Shown here: positions 27,116-36,911 of the stretch, in pieces | How positions within the stretch are numbered: the first letter of the stretch is position 1 | How the letters are laid out: every line of letters starts with the position of its first letter | Virus record (IMG/VR): IMGVR_UViG_3300032307_000369 | Span: 30,875 to 94,874 of that record | Reading direction: 5' to 3' (one strand) | Source: a virus | Length of the DNA stretch: 64,000 nucleotides | The notes under the pieces: model-generated | Databases searched by the model: none | What the model was told of the DNA's origin: nothing | What the model saw: the letters and a program-made list of their open reading frames with translations, nothing else | Translations under genes and position numbers: made by a program

Positions 27116-27989
27116 AGAAGACTTAAAGAAGTATGTAGAAACTTCTAACCTAGTTAACATGAAAGAGTGTGGTGACGGTATCTACGTGCTAAAGTACAAG
27201 AAGAAAGTGTTCTACGATAACTTGTGGAACGAATACATTGCTGAATGTCGTGGCTCTATTGTGGACAAGGATTTCAACTTGGTTGCTTATCCATTCACAA
27301 AGATCTACAACTATGGTATTGAAAAGGAAGCACCAGTGCTTGCTCCAGATACTAAGGTAACTGCTTTCCGCAAGGTTAACGGTTTTATGGTTGCTTGTAC
27401 ATTGCATAACGGCAAACTGTTAGTGAGTACTACTGGTAGCACAGACAGCGACTATGTAAACATGGCACGTGAACTGATTGACGAAGCAAAGTACTTAGAC
27501 TTGTGCTCACGTTGGGCAGGTTATACATTTATGTTTGAGTGCGTTCATCGTAACGACCCACACATTGTTCCTGAAAAGGAAGGTATGTATGTCCTAGGCT
27601 ATCGTGAAAATAAATGGCACACTCCTGTAGAACATGATCCGTTCATGTTAATGGAAATGAGTCGTGTGTTAGATTGTTTTGTGCCAGAAAGCATAATGAC
27701 CAATATGGCACGTTTACAACAGTTGGCTAAGGAATGTAAGCATGAAGGTTATGTATTCTATACTGACGATGGTGTAAGTGCCAAAATCAAGAGCCCTTAC
27801 TATTTGACTTCAAAGTGGGTTGCCCGAAATCCGCGCACAGACAAATTGGTGAACTTGCAAAATGACATCAAGCACAATCTTGACGAAGAATACTATCCAC
27901 TCGTGGATGCTATCCGTGCTAACATTGTTGAATACACTGCTATGGACGAGCAAGCTCGACTAGCCTGGGTAAGGGAACAATTGGCATGA
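27108..27989 (+). CDS. ATP-dependent RNA ligase (Rnl1-like nucleotidyltransferase)
   Basis: Motif I FRKVNGFMVA (KxNG), motif IV EGYVFYTDDG and motif V AKIKSPYY. The start is set at the ATG overlapping the upstream stop (ATGTTTAA). Confidence 0.65.
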   Translation: MFKEDLKKYVETSNLVNMKECGDGIYVLKYKKKVFYDNLWNEYIAECRGSIVDKDFNLVAYPFTKIYNYGIEKEAPVLAPDTKVTAFRKVNGFMVACTLHNGKLLVSTTGSTDSDYVNMARELIDEAKYLDLCSRWAGYTFMFECVHRNDPHIVPEKEGMYVLGYRENKWHTPVEHDPFMLMEMSRVLDCFVPESIMTNMARLQQLAKECKHEGYVFYTDDGVSAKIKSPYYLTSKWVARNPRTDKLVNLQNDIKHNLDEEYYPLVDAIRANIVEYTAMDEQARLAWVREQLA

Positions 27990-28140
27990 GTAACTTGTGG
28001 TTTAATATTAGATTTGGAACGAGGCATTTTCAATTTTCTAGAGATTGGGAAATAACATTTCGTGTTAATCCTTATTGGATTGAAAATCCTCCTTCCAAAT
28101 GGTTTGAAATTTATTGCTTATTTGGAATGGAGTTTGGACT

Positions 28141-28320
28141 ATGAAAGATGAAAGTAATTTGCCCGTTGCGGAACAGAGCCTGGTGTTCCGTTTACGCAAG
28201 CGAGCAGAAATACGTAGGCAAATCAAAGATCGCAAAAGTGTTCAAGAAGGCGCTCCAGATCGAATTGCAGATCTGTTAGAAGAAGCGGCCAACGAAATCG
28301 AACGTCTCCAAAACCAATAA
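28141..28320 (+). CDS. hypothetical small protein
   Basis: GGAG lies 9 nt upstream of ATG 28141. The longer ORF starting at 28114 lacks an SD. Confidence 0.4.
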   Translation: MKDESNLPVAEQSLVFRLRKRAEIRRQIKDRKSVQEGAPDRIADLLEEAANEIERLQNQ

Positions 28321-28347
28321 AATACTGCATTTTGGTAAAATCAGATA

Positions 28348-28376
28348 TTGACTTTATCTGGTTTTACCTGTATAAT
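28348..28376 (+). promoter_or_regulatory. sigma70-like promoter, TTGACT-N17-TATAAT, inside an inverted repeat
   Basis: Consensus boxes. GTAAAATCAGAT and ATCTGGTTTTAC flank the -35 as a near-perfect inverted repeat. Confidence 0.5.
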
Positions 28377-28406
28377 TTACACATACACTAACAGAAAGGG
28401 CTAGTC

Positions 28407-30575
28407 ATGTTACTTAATCTTGCGCCAAACAACGAAGCTATTTTGAGCAATGTTGGACAAATTGGTGAATTCCGTATTCGCAACAGTGCTAAGGCATTTA
28501 GTATTTTGAGCTCTGGCTTGTATGCTAATAAGATCCGTGCTATCGTTCGTGAACTTTCATGTAACGCAGTGGACAGCCATGTGGCGGCAGGACGTAGCGA
28601 TACTCCGTTTGATGTGCATCTTCCAAACGCTTTGGAACCTTGGTTTGCTATTCGCGACTACGGAACAGGACTGAGCCATGAACAAGTTACTAATATCTAT
28701 ACTACCTATTTTGAATCTACTAAGACCAATAGCAACGACTTTATTGGTGCGTTGGGTCTTGGTTCTAAGTCTCCTTTTTCTTACACTGATAACTTTACAG
28801 TAACCGCAATCAAAGACGGTCGTAAAGGTATCTACACTGCATTTATCAACGAAACTGGTGTGCCTAGTATTGCTAAGATGGGCGAAGAAGAAACTGACGA
28901 GCCAGCAGGTGTTGAGGTTAAGTTCTCAGTCAATGACCGTTGGGACTTTGACAAATTCCGTAGCGAAGCACGTACTGTATATCAGTATTTTAAATTGCAA
29001 CCTGTGATCAGTGGCAATGCTGATTTTACTATTCCAGTGATTGAATATGACCGTAAGGATATTATTCCTGGTGTACACAGCTATAAAGACACACGACAAA
29101 GTAAAGCAATCATGGGTAACATTGCTTACCCAATTGACATTCCACAAGCAGAACGCAATGATAAAGATATCTTTGCCATGCTTAACTGTGGTTTGGAATT
29201 GCATTTTACTATTGGCGAATTGGATTTCCAGGCGTCACGTGAAGGCTTGAGCTACATTCCACAAACTGTCAACGCTATCAAGGCCAAACTGGAAGCTGTT
29301 AATTTGGCATTGGCTGAAGTATTGTCTGGTGAAGCAAGTGCTATTACTAATGATTGGGAAAAGACTTTCTTCCTTTTGAAGAAGAAAGAAAACAATCTTT
29401 GGACTGAAGCTGTTAAAAAGTATGTTGCAGATACGAACTTTGATTTGATTGATGCAGGTACTAGCAGTTACTACATCCGTGCTAAAAATTGGACTATGCC
29501 AGTTAAAGAATTGGCGGAACTCTATAACATTGACATTATGGCATTTGACAAACAGTCTGGTAAAAAGGCTGTGAGCAACTTGAAAGCTGAAAATGTTCAT
29601 GTGGCTAATGCTCCAGTTTATCAAGCATGGACTATTATTTTGCGTGAAGGTGTTACCTTTATTAAAAATGATACCAAAGTTGGTGCAAGTGCTCGTGCTA
29701 AGTTTCATTGGAACAATGCTACATTTGATAAGACTACCCCGCATTATCAAACTGTGTATGTTTTGAACAAGGCAAACAAGGACAAGCCTGCTAAGTTTGA
29801 TGAGTTCCTTAAGGCAGTTCGCAATCCGCCTAGCGTGATGTTTGCCAGTGAATTGATGGAAAAGGAACGTGCTCAAAGTAGTGCAGGTGGCCGTAACGTC
29901 ACTATCATGCGTTTGGAAGAACGTGGTCGTGGTGGATACTATAGCCAGAAAGAAATGGTATGGCGTGACGCTGGCAAGGCTGATAGTTTTGATTCCACTA
30001 AAACTTACTACTACTTGCCACTTAGTGGATTCAATGTACAAAGTTCGTTTAGCACATATTCTTTTGACGTCAAAGAATTTCAAAAGGATCTTAGCCAATG
30101 TGGTATCAGTGGACTAACTGAAACTGATATTTACGGTGTTCGTAAAAGTGATATCGAATGGATTAAGACTCAAAAAAATTGGGTTAACATTGAACAACAT
30201 CTTAGCAATGTTTTGGCAAAAGTTGATAAAAAACTTTTGATGAGTTTGGTGTTAAATGCTATTGACAGTTTCCATCTTATCAGTTACAATGAAAGCATAG
30301 TGACCGATGTGGTAACTAAAAATAGTCCATACTTGAAATTGGTAACACAATTTAAAGATTATGAAAAGATCCGTTACAGTGAAGTCAGTTTGAAGCGTTT
30401 GTGTGATCGTTACGCCAAAGGTGTAGCTTTTAACCCAACTGCTTTTGTGCAGAAGTTTGTTGATGAATGCTCTGTTATCAGCAAACGTTACCCGTTGTTG
30501 CAATACCTACGTAGTGCTCCTAACAAAGAAATCGCAGAGTATGTTAATTTAATCGACGCACAGAAAGGTGTTTAA
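28407..30575 (+). CDS. rIIA: rIIA-like protein (GHKL/HATPase_c N-terminal domain)
   Basis: 722 aa. N-box ELSCNAVDSH, G1 box DYGTGLS and G2 box GALGLGSKS of GHKL ATPases. Size and architecture match T4 rIIA, and an rIIB-sized gene follows. Confidence 0.55.
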   Translation: MLLNLAPNNEAILSNVGQIGEFRIRNSAKAFSILSSGLYANKIRAIVRELSCNAVDSHVAAGRSDTPFDVHLPNALEPWFAIRDYGTGLSHEQVTNIYTTYFESTKTNSNDFIGALGLGSKSPFSYTDNFTVTAIKDGRKGIYTAFINETGVPSIAKMGEEETDEPAGVEVKFSVNDRWDFDKFRSEARTVYQYFKLQPVISGNADFTIPVIEYDRKDIIPGVHSYKDTRQSKAIMGNIAYPIDIPQAERNDKDIFAMLNCGLELHFTIGELDFQASREGLSYIPQTVNAIKAKLEAVNLALAEVLSGEASAITNDWEKTFFLLKKKENNLWTEAVKKYVADTNFDLIDAGTSSYYIRAKNWTMPVKELAELYNIDIMAFDKQSGKKAVSNLKAENVHVANAPVYQAWTIILREGVTFIKNDTKVGASARAKFHWNNATFDKTTPHYQTVYVLNKANKDKPAKFDEFLKAVRNPPSVMFASELMEKERAQSSAGGRNVTIMRLEERGRGGYYSQKEMVWRDAGKADSFDSTKTYYYLPLSGFNVQSSFSTYSFDVKEFQKDLSQCGISGLTETDIYGVRKSDIEWIKTQKNWVNIEQHLSNVLAKVDKKLLMSLVLNAIDSFHLISYNESIVTDVVTKNSPYLKLVTQFKDYEKIRYSEVSLKRLCDRYAKGVAFNPTAFVQKFVDECSVISKRYPLLQYLRSAPNKEIAEYVNLIDAQKGV

Positions 30576-30576
30576 A

Positions 30577-31377
30577 ATGAGCTATCCGTATTTGATTCAA
30601 GGCAATAATGTTGTTGTGGTAATTGACAACAAGCCGCACACTATCAGCAAGACACATATCACTTACCAAAAGGTAGTTGATGCAATTAAAGCTAATGACT
30701 GGGAAACAGTTAAAGACACAATTGAACCTAAAAAGGTTGTACTAGAGTACGGCAAAGGTAACGTTGAAGTCCAAGGAGAACAGTTGTTTTGGAAAGGCAA
30801 AGCGTTTCATAATGCTTTGGCAACTCGTATGATCCAAATGTTGCAAGATGGTTTCCCAGTGGAACCTCTAGTCAACTTTATGGAAAATTTGATGAAGAAC
30901 CCTAGTTACCGTTCAGTAAATGAACTGTATGGTTTCTTGGAAAAGAACAACTTGCCAATTACCAGCGATGGTCACTTCCTTGCTTATAAGAAAGTTCGTA
31001 AGGATTATAAAGACTGTCATACTGGTACAATGGATAACAGTATTGGTCAAGTGGTTGAAATGGAACGTCATAGTGTTGACGACAATGCCAACAATACTTG
31101 CAGTTCTGGTTTGCACTTCTGTTCCAAAGAGTACTTGAATAGTTTTGGTGGCGACCGCACTGTGATTGTTAAAATCAATCCTGCAGATGTTGTTAGTATT
31201 CCCACTGACTATGACTTTAGCAAGGGTCGTGCTTGCCGATACGAAGTTATTGGTGAGTTGGGTGTACATCCAGACGATGCTTTCAAAGCACCTGTTCAAG
31301 ATGAAGCCTACACACAAGAGCAACTGGATGCCGCAGTTAAGGCCGCAGTTGAAGCCGCTCTTAAGGTAACACAATGA
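30577..31377 (+). CDS. rIIB: rIIB-like protein
   Basis: About 267 aa, coupled to the upstream gene (TAAAATG). Assigned by synteny and size only. Confidence 0.35.
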   Translation: MSYPYLIQGNNVVVVIDNKPHTISKTHITYQKVVDAIKANDWETVKDTIEPKKVVLEYGKGNVEVQGEQLFWKGKAFHNALATRMIQMLQDGFPVEPLVNFMENLMKNPSYRSVNELYGFLEKNNLPITSDGHFLAYKKVRKDYKDCHTGTMDNSIGQVVEMERHSVDDNANNTCSSGLHFCSKEYLNSFGGDRTVIVKINPADVVSIPTDYDFSKGRACRYEVIGELGVHPDDAFKAPVQDEAYTQEQLDAAVKAAVEAALKVTQ

Positions 31378-31646
31378 TTAGACTTTGGTTAGCCTTTGCT
31401 ATCCTTGCCGTCCTGATCCATTTGGGTATCACTACCTGGAGGAATTTGGAAGGCAAGGAACGTTGGACCTTGACAAAGTCTGTATCGTATAGTATAATTG
31501 TCGCATTGCTAGCCGTGCTAGCAATGACTGTAATCGTAATTCTTTTTTAAGGATTTATATGATTGATGATCGTTGGTTGCGCCCACTGTATTTTGCTTTG
31601 GGGTTTGCTGTTTGCTTCTTTCTTTTTTCACAAGGTATTATTTAAA

Positions 31647-32441
31647 ATGAAACGTATTTTTACTCTCTCTATTCTTGCCGCCGCAGTTTTGGCAACGGGT
31701 TGTACTCGTATTGAAACTGGTGAGGTTGGTGTTCGTGTTGGCTTTGACAAACAAGTCCAAAGTGGCGAACTATTGCCAGGTTCTTTCAATCAGGTCTTGA
31801 TTGGTGACGTGCTCACATTCCCAATCAAAGATGTTAATGTCAAATTGGAAGACATGACTCCTGTGGCTAAAGATAACAGCACAATGAAAGACTTTGATGC
31901 TGTGGTTATCTATAACATTAACCAGGCGCAGGTTGCTGAACTTTACAGCACAAAGAGTCAGGCATTCCATGCCCGCCACAATGGCGACATCTACTTGATG
32001 TATAACTACATTGTTCAAACTACTCGCAATGCTATCTACAAAGAAGCACGTAAGTACGAAGCATTGGACATGGCAGACAATCGTCAACAAATGGAACAGG
32101 CTATTAAAGAGCAGATCCAAAAGTCACTCGCTGATGAAAAGCTAGATGGCAGTTTGGTCGTTGGTCAAGTCTTGATCCGTAACATTGTGCCAGCTGACTC
32201 AGTTGTTGAAAGTGCTAACGCATTGGTTCGTGCTAAAAACGAATTGAAACAGAAAGAAGTTGAAGTTCGTACTGCCAAGATGGAAGCAGAACGTATGCAG
32301 GCATTGAGCAATCAAGGTGCTCAGAGTATTGCCTACATGCAAGCACAGGCTATGATGAACATCTCTGAAGGTATTAAGAACGGTAAAGTTCAGACTATTG
32401 TTGTGCCAAGCAACATGACTGGCTTGATGATTAACAAGTAA
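31647..32441 (+). CDS. SPFH/band-7 (prohibitin/HflK-like) lipoprotein
   Basis: Lipobox LATGC. GEVGVRVGF…FDAVVIYNI is an SPFH core, followed by a coiled-coil C-terminus. The ATG at 31647 is preferred over 31563. Confidence 0.6.
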   Translation: MKRIFTLSILAAAVLATGCTRIETGEVGVRVGFDKQVQSGELLPGSFNQVLIGDVLTFPIKDVNVKLEDMTPVAKDNSTMKDFDAVVIYNINQAQVAELYSTKSQAFHARHNGDIYLMYNYIVQTTRNAIYKEARKYEALDMADNRQQMEQAIKEQIQKSLADEKLDGSLVVGQVLIRNIVPADSVVESANALVRAKNELKQKEVEVRTAKMEAERMQALSNQGAQSIAYMQAQAMMNISEGIKNGKVQTIVVPSNMTGLMINK

Positions 32442-32442
32442 T

Positions 32443-32889
32443 ATGAAACTGTTCGGACGTAGTAGCGGATACTATCTATTCTGGACAGGCTTTGTATATT
32501 TCTGGATTGGCATGTATCTTGCTTTTACGCAAGTTGCCCGTCCAGAAATTGCCACACTAGGATTTGTACTAGCTCTTAGTGTACCACTTTGGTGCCCGCC
32601 AGTTGCTCGTTATTTTAACATGGAGCCTTTAATGTTTGATTGGTTTAAAAAGAAAGAGTATTCTAACGTGGTTAAGTTTCCAGAACCTAAGGCAGTGCCT
32701 GATATCCCTTATGTTGCGCCTCCTGAGCCAGAAAAGCCTGCTAAAATTTTCTATCGTATTGGTGTGACAGACAATAACCGAGTTGCGTTTAGTATGGGCA
32801 TGTCTGAAATTATCATGACCAAAGTAGGTTGTCAACAAATGATTGATCAACTTGAAGTATTCATGAATCAACTGCCTGACGAAGAATGA
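32443..32889 (+). CDS. membrane protein (2 TM), hypothetical
   Basis: Starts 1 nt after the previous stop, with an N-terminal hydrophobic hairpin. Confidence 0.45.
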   Translation: MKLFGRSSGYYLFWTGFVYFWIGMYLAFTQVARPEIATLGFVLALSVPLWCPPVARYFNMEPLMFDWFKKKEYSNVVKFPEPKAVPDIPYVAPPEPEKPAKIFYRIGVTDNNRVAFSMGMSEIIMTKVGCQQMIDQLEVFMNQLPDEE

Positions 32890-33158
32890 TTAATTTTAAT
32901 TTTTCTATTTCAAATCCTTGGAGTCATCGTTGGAAAACTCTTTGGTGTAAGCACAGTCTGTTGTCAATCTACAAGGCAGTAGAATTTAATGGATATAAGA
33001 CAAATACTATAATTACTGTTGACTTTAATTTAACTTCCCAAACTGACCATGCTGGACTACGATTGATGTTAGGGTTGTTTGGTTACGAAATAGAAGTTCA
33101 TTTTTACGACACACGACACTGGGATAATGAAAAGGATTCTTGGACCGTGTACAATTGA
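32886..33158 (+). CDS. hypothetical protein
   Basis: ATGA-coupled to the upstream gene. Confidence 0.35.
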   Translation: MINFNFSISNPWSHRWKTLWCKHSLLSIYKAVEFNGYKTNTIITVDFNLTSQTDHAGLRLMLGLFGYEIEVHFYDTRHWDNEKDSWTVYN

Positions 33159-33339
33159 TGAGGCAATGATGGATAAAATTACACCATTTCGAAACTGGGT
33201 ACGTGAAACATGGTTAGAAAACTGTGAAGAACACTTGACATATTCCGAAGATCCTTATACAATAAAACAGTATTGGGACAAGTACAAATGGTGGCTCAAA
33301 AGAGAATTTAAATATCAAAAGGCAAAAAATGACAAATAA
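33127..33339 (+). CDS. hypothetical protein
   Basis: Overlapping ORF in an operon-like array. Contains WLENCEEHL. Confidence 0.35.
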   Translation: MKRILGPCTIDEAMMDKITPFRNWVRETWLENCEEHLTYSEDPYTIKQYWDKYKWWLKREFKYQKAKNDK

Positions 33340-33595
33340 GAAATTTGAAGAGCTTAGTGAAGACGAATTTAAAAATTTGAAAATTGAGTTCGCTCCTGGA
33401 TGCTTTGACAATTTTGAAGGCACACAGGAAGAATTGGATGAATTGGTCAATTCAATTAAAGATATGTTTGCATCAGGTGAAGCACAGAAAAAAGCTCGCC
33501 CAATTGATTTTGATGATATAAATGATGAAGATTTAGAGTTGTTAGAAAAGTTCATTCAGATGGAAGACAATTCAGATAAGAGAAATTTACAATAA
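33329..33595 (+). CDS. hypothetical acidic protein
   Basis: Overlapping start, strongly acidic. Confidence 0.4.
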   Translation: MTNKKFEELSEDEFKNLKIEFAPGCFDNFEGTQEELDELVNSIKDMFASGEAQKKARPIDFDDINDEDLELLEKFIQMEDNSDKRNLQ

Positions 33596-34032
33596 TGAAA
33601 GCACAGACACCAGCAGAAGGAATTCTAAAAACTAATGACTATGGTGATTCAAAATGGTATCAAGTAGTATGCGGTTGCGGCCAACCAGATCATTCATTAA
33701 CTGTTGAAGTAGAAGCAGACGACTCGGGTGTTAGTGTTAATACCTATGCTACAGTTAAAACAGACTATTGGACTGACAGCGTTAAAAAACGATATGATAT
33801 TGACAATCCTTGGCTACAAGAGTTTGATTGGTTTTGGAAAGATCTAGTAAACGGATTAGTTACTAGACTAAAACTTACATGGGAAGTTTGGTTCAAAGGA
33901 TATGTTCAAGCAGAAACTACCACACTCATGAGCAAACAACAAGCTCTTAATTTTTCTGAAACATTGAAGTCTGCTGTTAAAGATGTTGAAGATTTTGAGT
34001 TAGGGAAAAGAAAAATTTCAAAAGAAAGTTAA
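33595..34032 (+). CDS. hypothetical protein
   Basis: TAATG coupling. Confidence 0.45.
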   Translation: MKAQTPAEGILKTNDYGDSKWYQVVCGCGQPDHSLTVEVEADDSGVSVNTYATVKTDYWTDSVKKRYDIDNPWLQEFDWFWKDLVNGLVTRLKLTWEVWFKGYVQAETTTLMSKQQALNFSETLKSAVKDVEDFELGKRKISKES

Positions 34033-34040
34033 ATGATTTA

Positions 34041-34235
34041 ATGAATTCTTTAGAACGGTCAATAACAGCCACTATACTAATTGGTTTTATATATGTGGTT
34101 CTTTTCTACGATTTTATTGACCACTCAAATATAGTTGTTTATGATTGTGAACTAATAGAATATTATCACAATGTTCCCAAAGAAGTTAAAAAAGAATGTG
34201 ATTCTCTAAAAAAAGTTCCACCCTTAATAATATGA
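34041..34235 (+). CDS. small membrane protein
   Basis: Has one TM helix (ITATILIGFIYVVLFY). Confidence 0.35.
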   Translation: MNSLERSITATILIGFIYVVLFYDFIDHSNIVVYDCELIEYYHNVPKEVKKECDSLKKVPPLII

Positions 34236-34759
34236 TTAGCAAAAGTCCAGAGCGGCACACCTTTCAGAAAAACGCATACATTAAAAGATGTCAGGAAGAA
34301 GGCAAAGTACCAAGCCCTGAAATTATTCAAATGTATGAAACTTGGGCCAATGAGCCCGAGTACGAAAATCGTCCAGTAAACGATTTAGAGTACGACCTGC
34401 GTACCACTGAATGGATTTTGGCTAAGGCACGAGCTAGCGATTCGTATGCCCAAAATATCTATGCCGCATTGTGTAATATGCGTTGGCAAAAATTAGATGT
34501 GTTGCCAATTTTGAAAGATGAATTTTGGTCGTGTTCATGGCGTAGTGCAGGTGGCATTGTTGCAAATATGCTACAAAAAGGTGACTACATGGATTGGTAT
34601 TGTAGTGGTATGGGTGGGGTTGCTACATACGATTTGCAAGAAGGTGAAGCGTACATGGCACGAATGAAGTATGTTCCAGAAGCTACTGTGACTGAAGAGA
34701 TTCGAGAAGACTTCCAAAAATTAGGTTGGGTCCCAAATGAGTGGCCCGAAGACGAATAA
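34232..34759 (+). CDS. hypothetical protein
   Basis: ATGA coupling, Trp-rich. Confidence 0.45.
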   Translation: MISKSPERHTFQKNAYIKRCQEEGKVPSPEIIQMYETWANEPEYENRPVNDLEYDLRTTEWILAKARASDSYAQNIYAALCNMRWQKLDVLPILKDEFWSCSWRSAGGIVANMLQKGDYMDWYCSGMGGVATYDLQEGEAYMARMKYVPEATVTEEIREDFQKLGWVPNEWPEDE

Positions 34760-34775
34760 TCGGTAAAATCAGTTG

Positions 34776-34804
34776 TTGACAACCAACAACTCTGACTGTA
34801 TAAT
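34776..34804 (+). promoter_or_regulatory. sigma70-like promoter, TTGACA-N17-TATAAT, inside an inverted repeat
   Basis: TCAGTTGTTG-acaac-CAACAACTcTGA is an inverted repeat containing the -35 box. TATAAT lies 17 bp downstream. Confidence 0.5.
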
Positions 34805-34834
34805 ATATACATATTGTTAATTAAGGAGCTCTAA

Positions 34835-36046
34835 ATGGCGACAAAAGCACCCGTTAAAAAATCTCGTGTGACCAAAAAGCAAGTTATTGCACATCGTGTG
34901 AATGCTAAGAAAGACCACAGCCCTGTTTGGGAAGGTGTGGAAACTATGACTGCTGAGGAATTTGGTCGCCACTGGCGCAATGCTATGTCATACTATCGTT
35001 TAGAGTTTAGTGGTAAAGATCTCAAGCCCAAAGTCATTGACTGGATGGGCAAAGTAGGCTACGACAAAGATACAATCAAAGCCTTTAAAGACACAAAGGA
35101 CCACCGTTGCAATAGCACAATGGGTGGACTAGCCGCTTGTTTGCTTCGTGGCATGCCAGAAGTTCGTGCTGATTGGAACGAAGGACGTAATAGTGCTGAT
35201 TGGTTGAAAGCTTCTATTAAGAAAGCAATTGAAGAAGGAACGTCAGACGAAACTGAAGAAGAACTTGCTGAAGCAAAATCAAAGAAAGTTGAAGTGTATG
35301 TGCCAAGTATTCAAGAACGCTTGCGTGAATCCGCTGGAAACATGACTGAAGAATTGGATGTTGCTATTGACGATTGGATCAGTAATCCAGAGCAATTTGA
35401 TCCAAAAGCATTTAAGGTGACCAATCTGTTGCGTGGCAAAGGTGCTAAGGCAGCTCATGCTCGAATCATTAAAGGCTTTTATACTAATAGCCAAGCAGAG
35501 TTGTTAGAGCTTGCTAGTGGCAATGCTGATGAACAATTGAAAGAAGCTTATAGTCATGTGGCACGTAAGAATGTGCGCAAACTGCTTGAGTTCTATCAAG
35601 CAATTATGGATGCTTGTGAACAAATTGGTGCGGAAGCTAAACTTAACAAGAAGCCACGTGCTAAGAAGATCGTGCCTGCAGAAAAGTTGATTGCTAAACT
35701 TAAATTTTGCAAAACTGATGACAGCCTTGGAATTGTGTCAGTGCCGCCGGCACAAATTATTGGCGCACAATCTATGTTTGTGTACAACATTAAGACTCGT
35801 AAATTTGGACAGTACATTGCTTTGAACAGTTCAGGTTTTGCTGTTAAGGGCACAACTGTTACTAACTTTACTGATAAGAGTACACAGAAAACTTTGCGTA
35901 AGCCTGCAGAACAACTCAAAGCGTTTAAAGATATGAACACGCAAAAACGTTGCCAAACTTGGTTTGAAAAAGAAGTTAAGACTACAGAAGTTAAACTTAA
36001 TGGTCGATTCAATGAAGATGTTGTAATTTTGAAAGTGTACAAATGA
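34835..36046 (+). CDS. hypothetical protein (403 aa)
   Basis: SD AAGGAG. The basic N-terminus (KKSRVTKKQ) may bind nucleic acid. Confidence 0.5.
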   Translation: MATKAPVKKSRVTKKQVIAHRVNAKKDHSPVWEGVETMTAEEFGRHWRNAMSYYRLEFSGKDLKPKVIDWMGKVGYDKDTIKAFKDTKDHRCNSTMGGLAACLLRGMPEVRADWNEGRNSADWLKASIKKAIEEGTSDETEEELAEAKSKKVEVYVPSIQERLRESAGNMTEELDVAIDDWISNPEQFDPKAFKVTNLLRGKGAKAAHARIIKGFYTNSQAELLELASGNADEQLKEAYSHVARKNVRKLLEFYQAIMDACEQIGAEAKLNKKPRAKKIVPAEKLIAKLKFCKTDDSLGIVSVPPAQIIGAQSMFVYNIKTRKFGQYIALNSSGFAVKGTTVTNFTDKSTQKTLRKPAEQLKAFKDMNTQKRCQTWFEKEVKTTEVKLNGRFNEDVVILKVYK

Positions 36047-36297
36047 GTAAGGCAAAACATAAACCTTATCAGTGGATTGATGGGGAAACTGCGGATCGTA
36101 TTACTAGCCTCAATCTAAAAGACTACCGTGCTTATTTGAAAAAAGAATTAGCACAGTGGAAAAAGAATCCTAAGACAGAAGATAACCCAGACGGCTACTG
36201 GTTACATCCAGAAGATGTTACGGGTAATATGCGAAGGATTGAAGCACTGAATTTGATTATTAAAGACTTTATTGAAACATCGGATGAAATAAAATGA
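36043..36297 (+). CDS. hypothetical protein
   Basis: ATGA coupling. Confidence 0.4.
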   Translation: MSKAKHKPYQWIDGETADRITSLNLKDYRAYLKKELAQWKKNPKTEDNPDGYWLHPEDVTGNMRRIEALNLIIKDFIETSDEIK

Positions 36298-36911
36298 CAC
36301 TGCCAGATGAAAGATATCGGGCTGTAGTACAGACTCAAAGATTTCTATTGCAAATATTGACTACCCCTCGGGTTCCAAAGGCAGTCAAGGATCAAGCTAG
36401 GTATTGTTTACGCCACTATCCTAATGAATGGGATATGCAACGTGCGGCTGAAGGCAGTCCAGATGTTTTTCAAAAAAACATGGATGACCTGCATAAATTT
36501 TTGTTAAAAGGTAAAGTAATGAAAGCAAACGAATTGTTTGAAAATATTGAACAACTGGCAACAGTTAGTGATGAGGCATTGGATAATGCATACCATTATG
36601 GACGTAGTACTCCTGGTGCAAACTTTGGCTGGCTTGCTAATATTGAAAGTGCCAAGGCTGCTTCTAAATTGATTAATGCTGGGGAGACAGACATTGAAGT
36701 AATTGCAGATGCAATTCATGATGGTTGGAATATCACTGCAATAGCAGACTATAAGGGTATGCTAAAATTAGACACACCAACCCCAGACGAAAAGAAAGCA
36801 AAACGTTTTGCATTGGCAAGTAAGAGCTATGCACAACTCCCAGAAGACGAAAAAGAAAAGGATAGAGTAGTAGCAAGGGCACTGCTTAATTTTATTAAAG
36901 GTGTAAAATGA
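36294..36911 (+). CDS. hypothetical protein
   Basis: ATGA coupling. Confidence 0.45.
   Translation: MTLPDERYRAVVQTQRFLLQILTTPRVPKAVKDQARYCLRHYPNEWDMQRAAEGSPDVFQKNMDDLHKFLLKGKVMKANELFENIEQLATVSDEALDNAYHYGRSTPGANFGWLANIESAKAASKLINAGETDIEVIADAIHDGWNITAIADYKGMLKLDTPTPDEKKAKRFALASKSYAQLPEDEKEKDRVVARALLNFIKGVK

Noticed and set aside
29235-30098. 287-aa minus-strand ORF
   Set aside because: Antisense to the rIIA-like gene. No SD, Phe/Cys/Ser-rich low-complexity sequence, and no other minus-strand genes nearby.
31563-31646. Upstream extension of the SPFH gene (MMIVGCAHCILLW…)
   Set aside because: There is no RBS. The internal ATG at 31647 yields a proper lipoprotein signal (LATGC) and sits at the correct distance from a purine-rich stretch.
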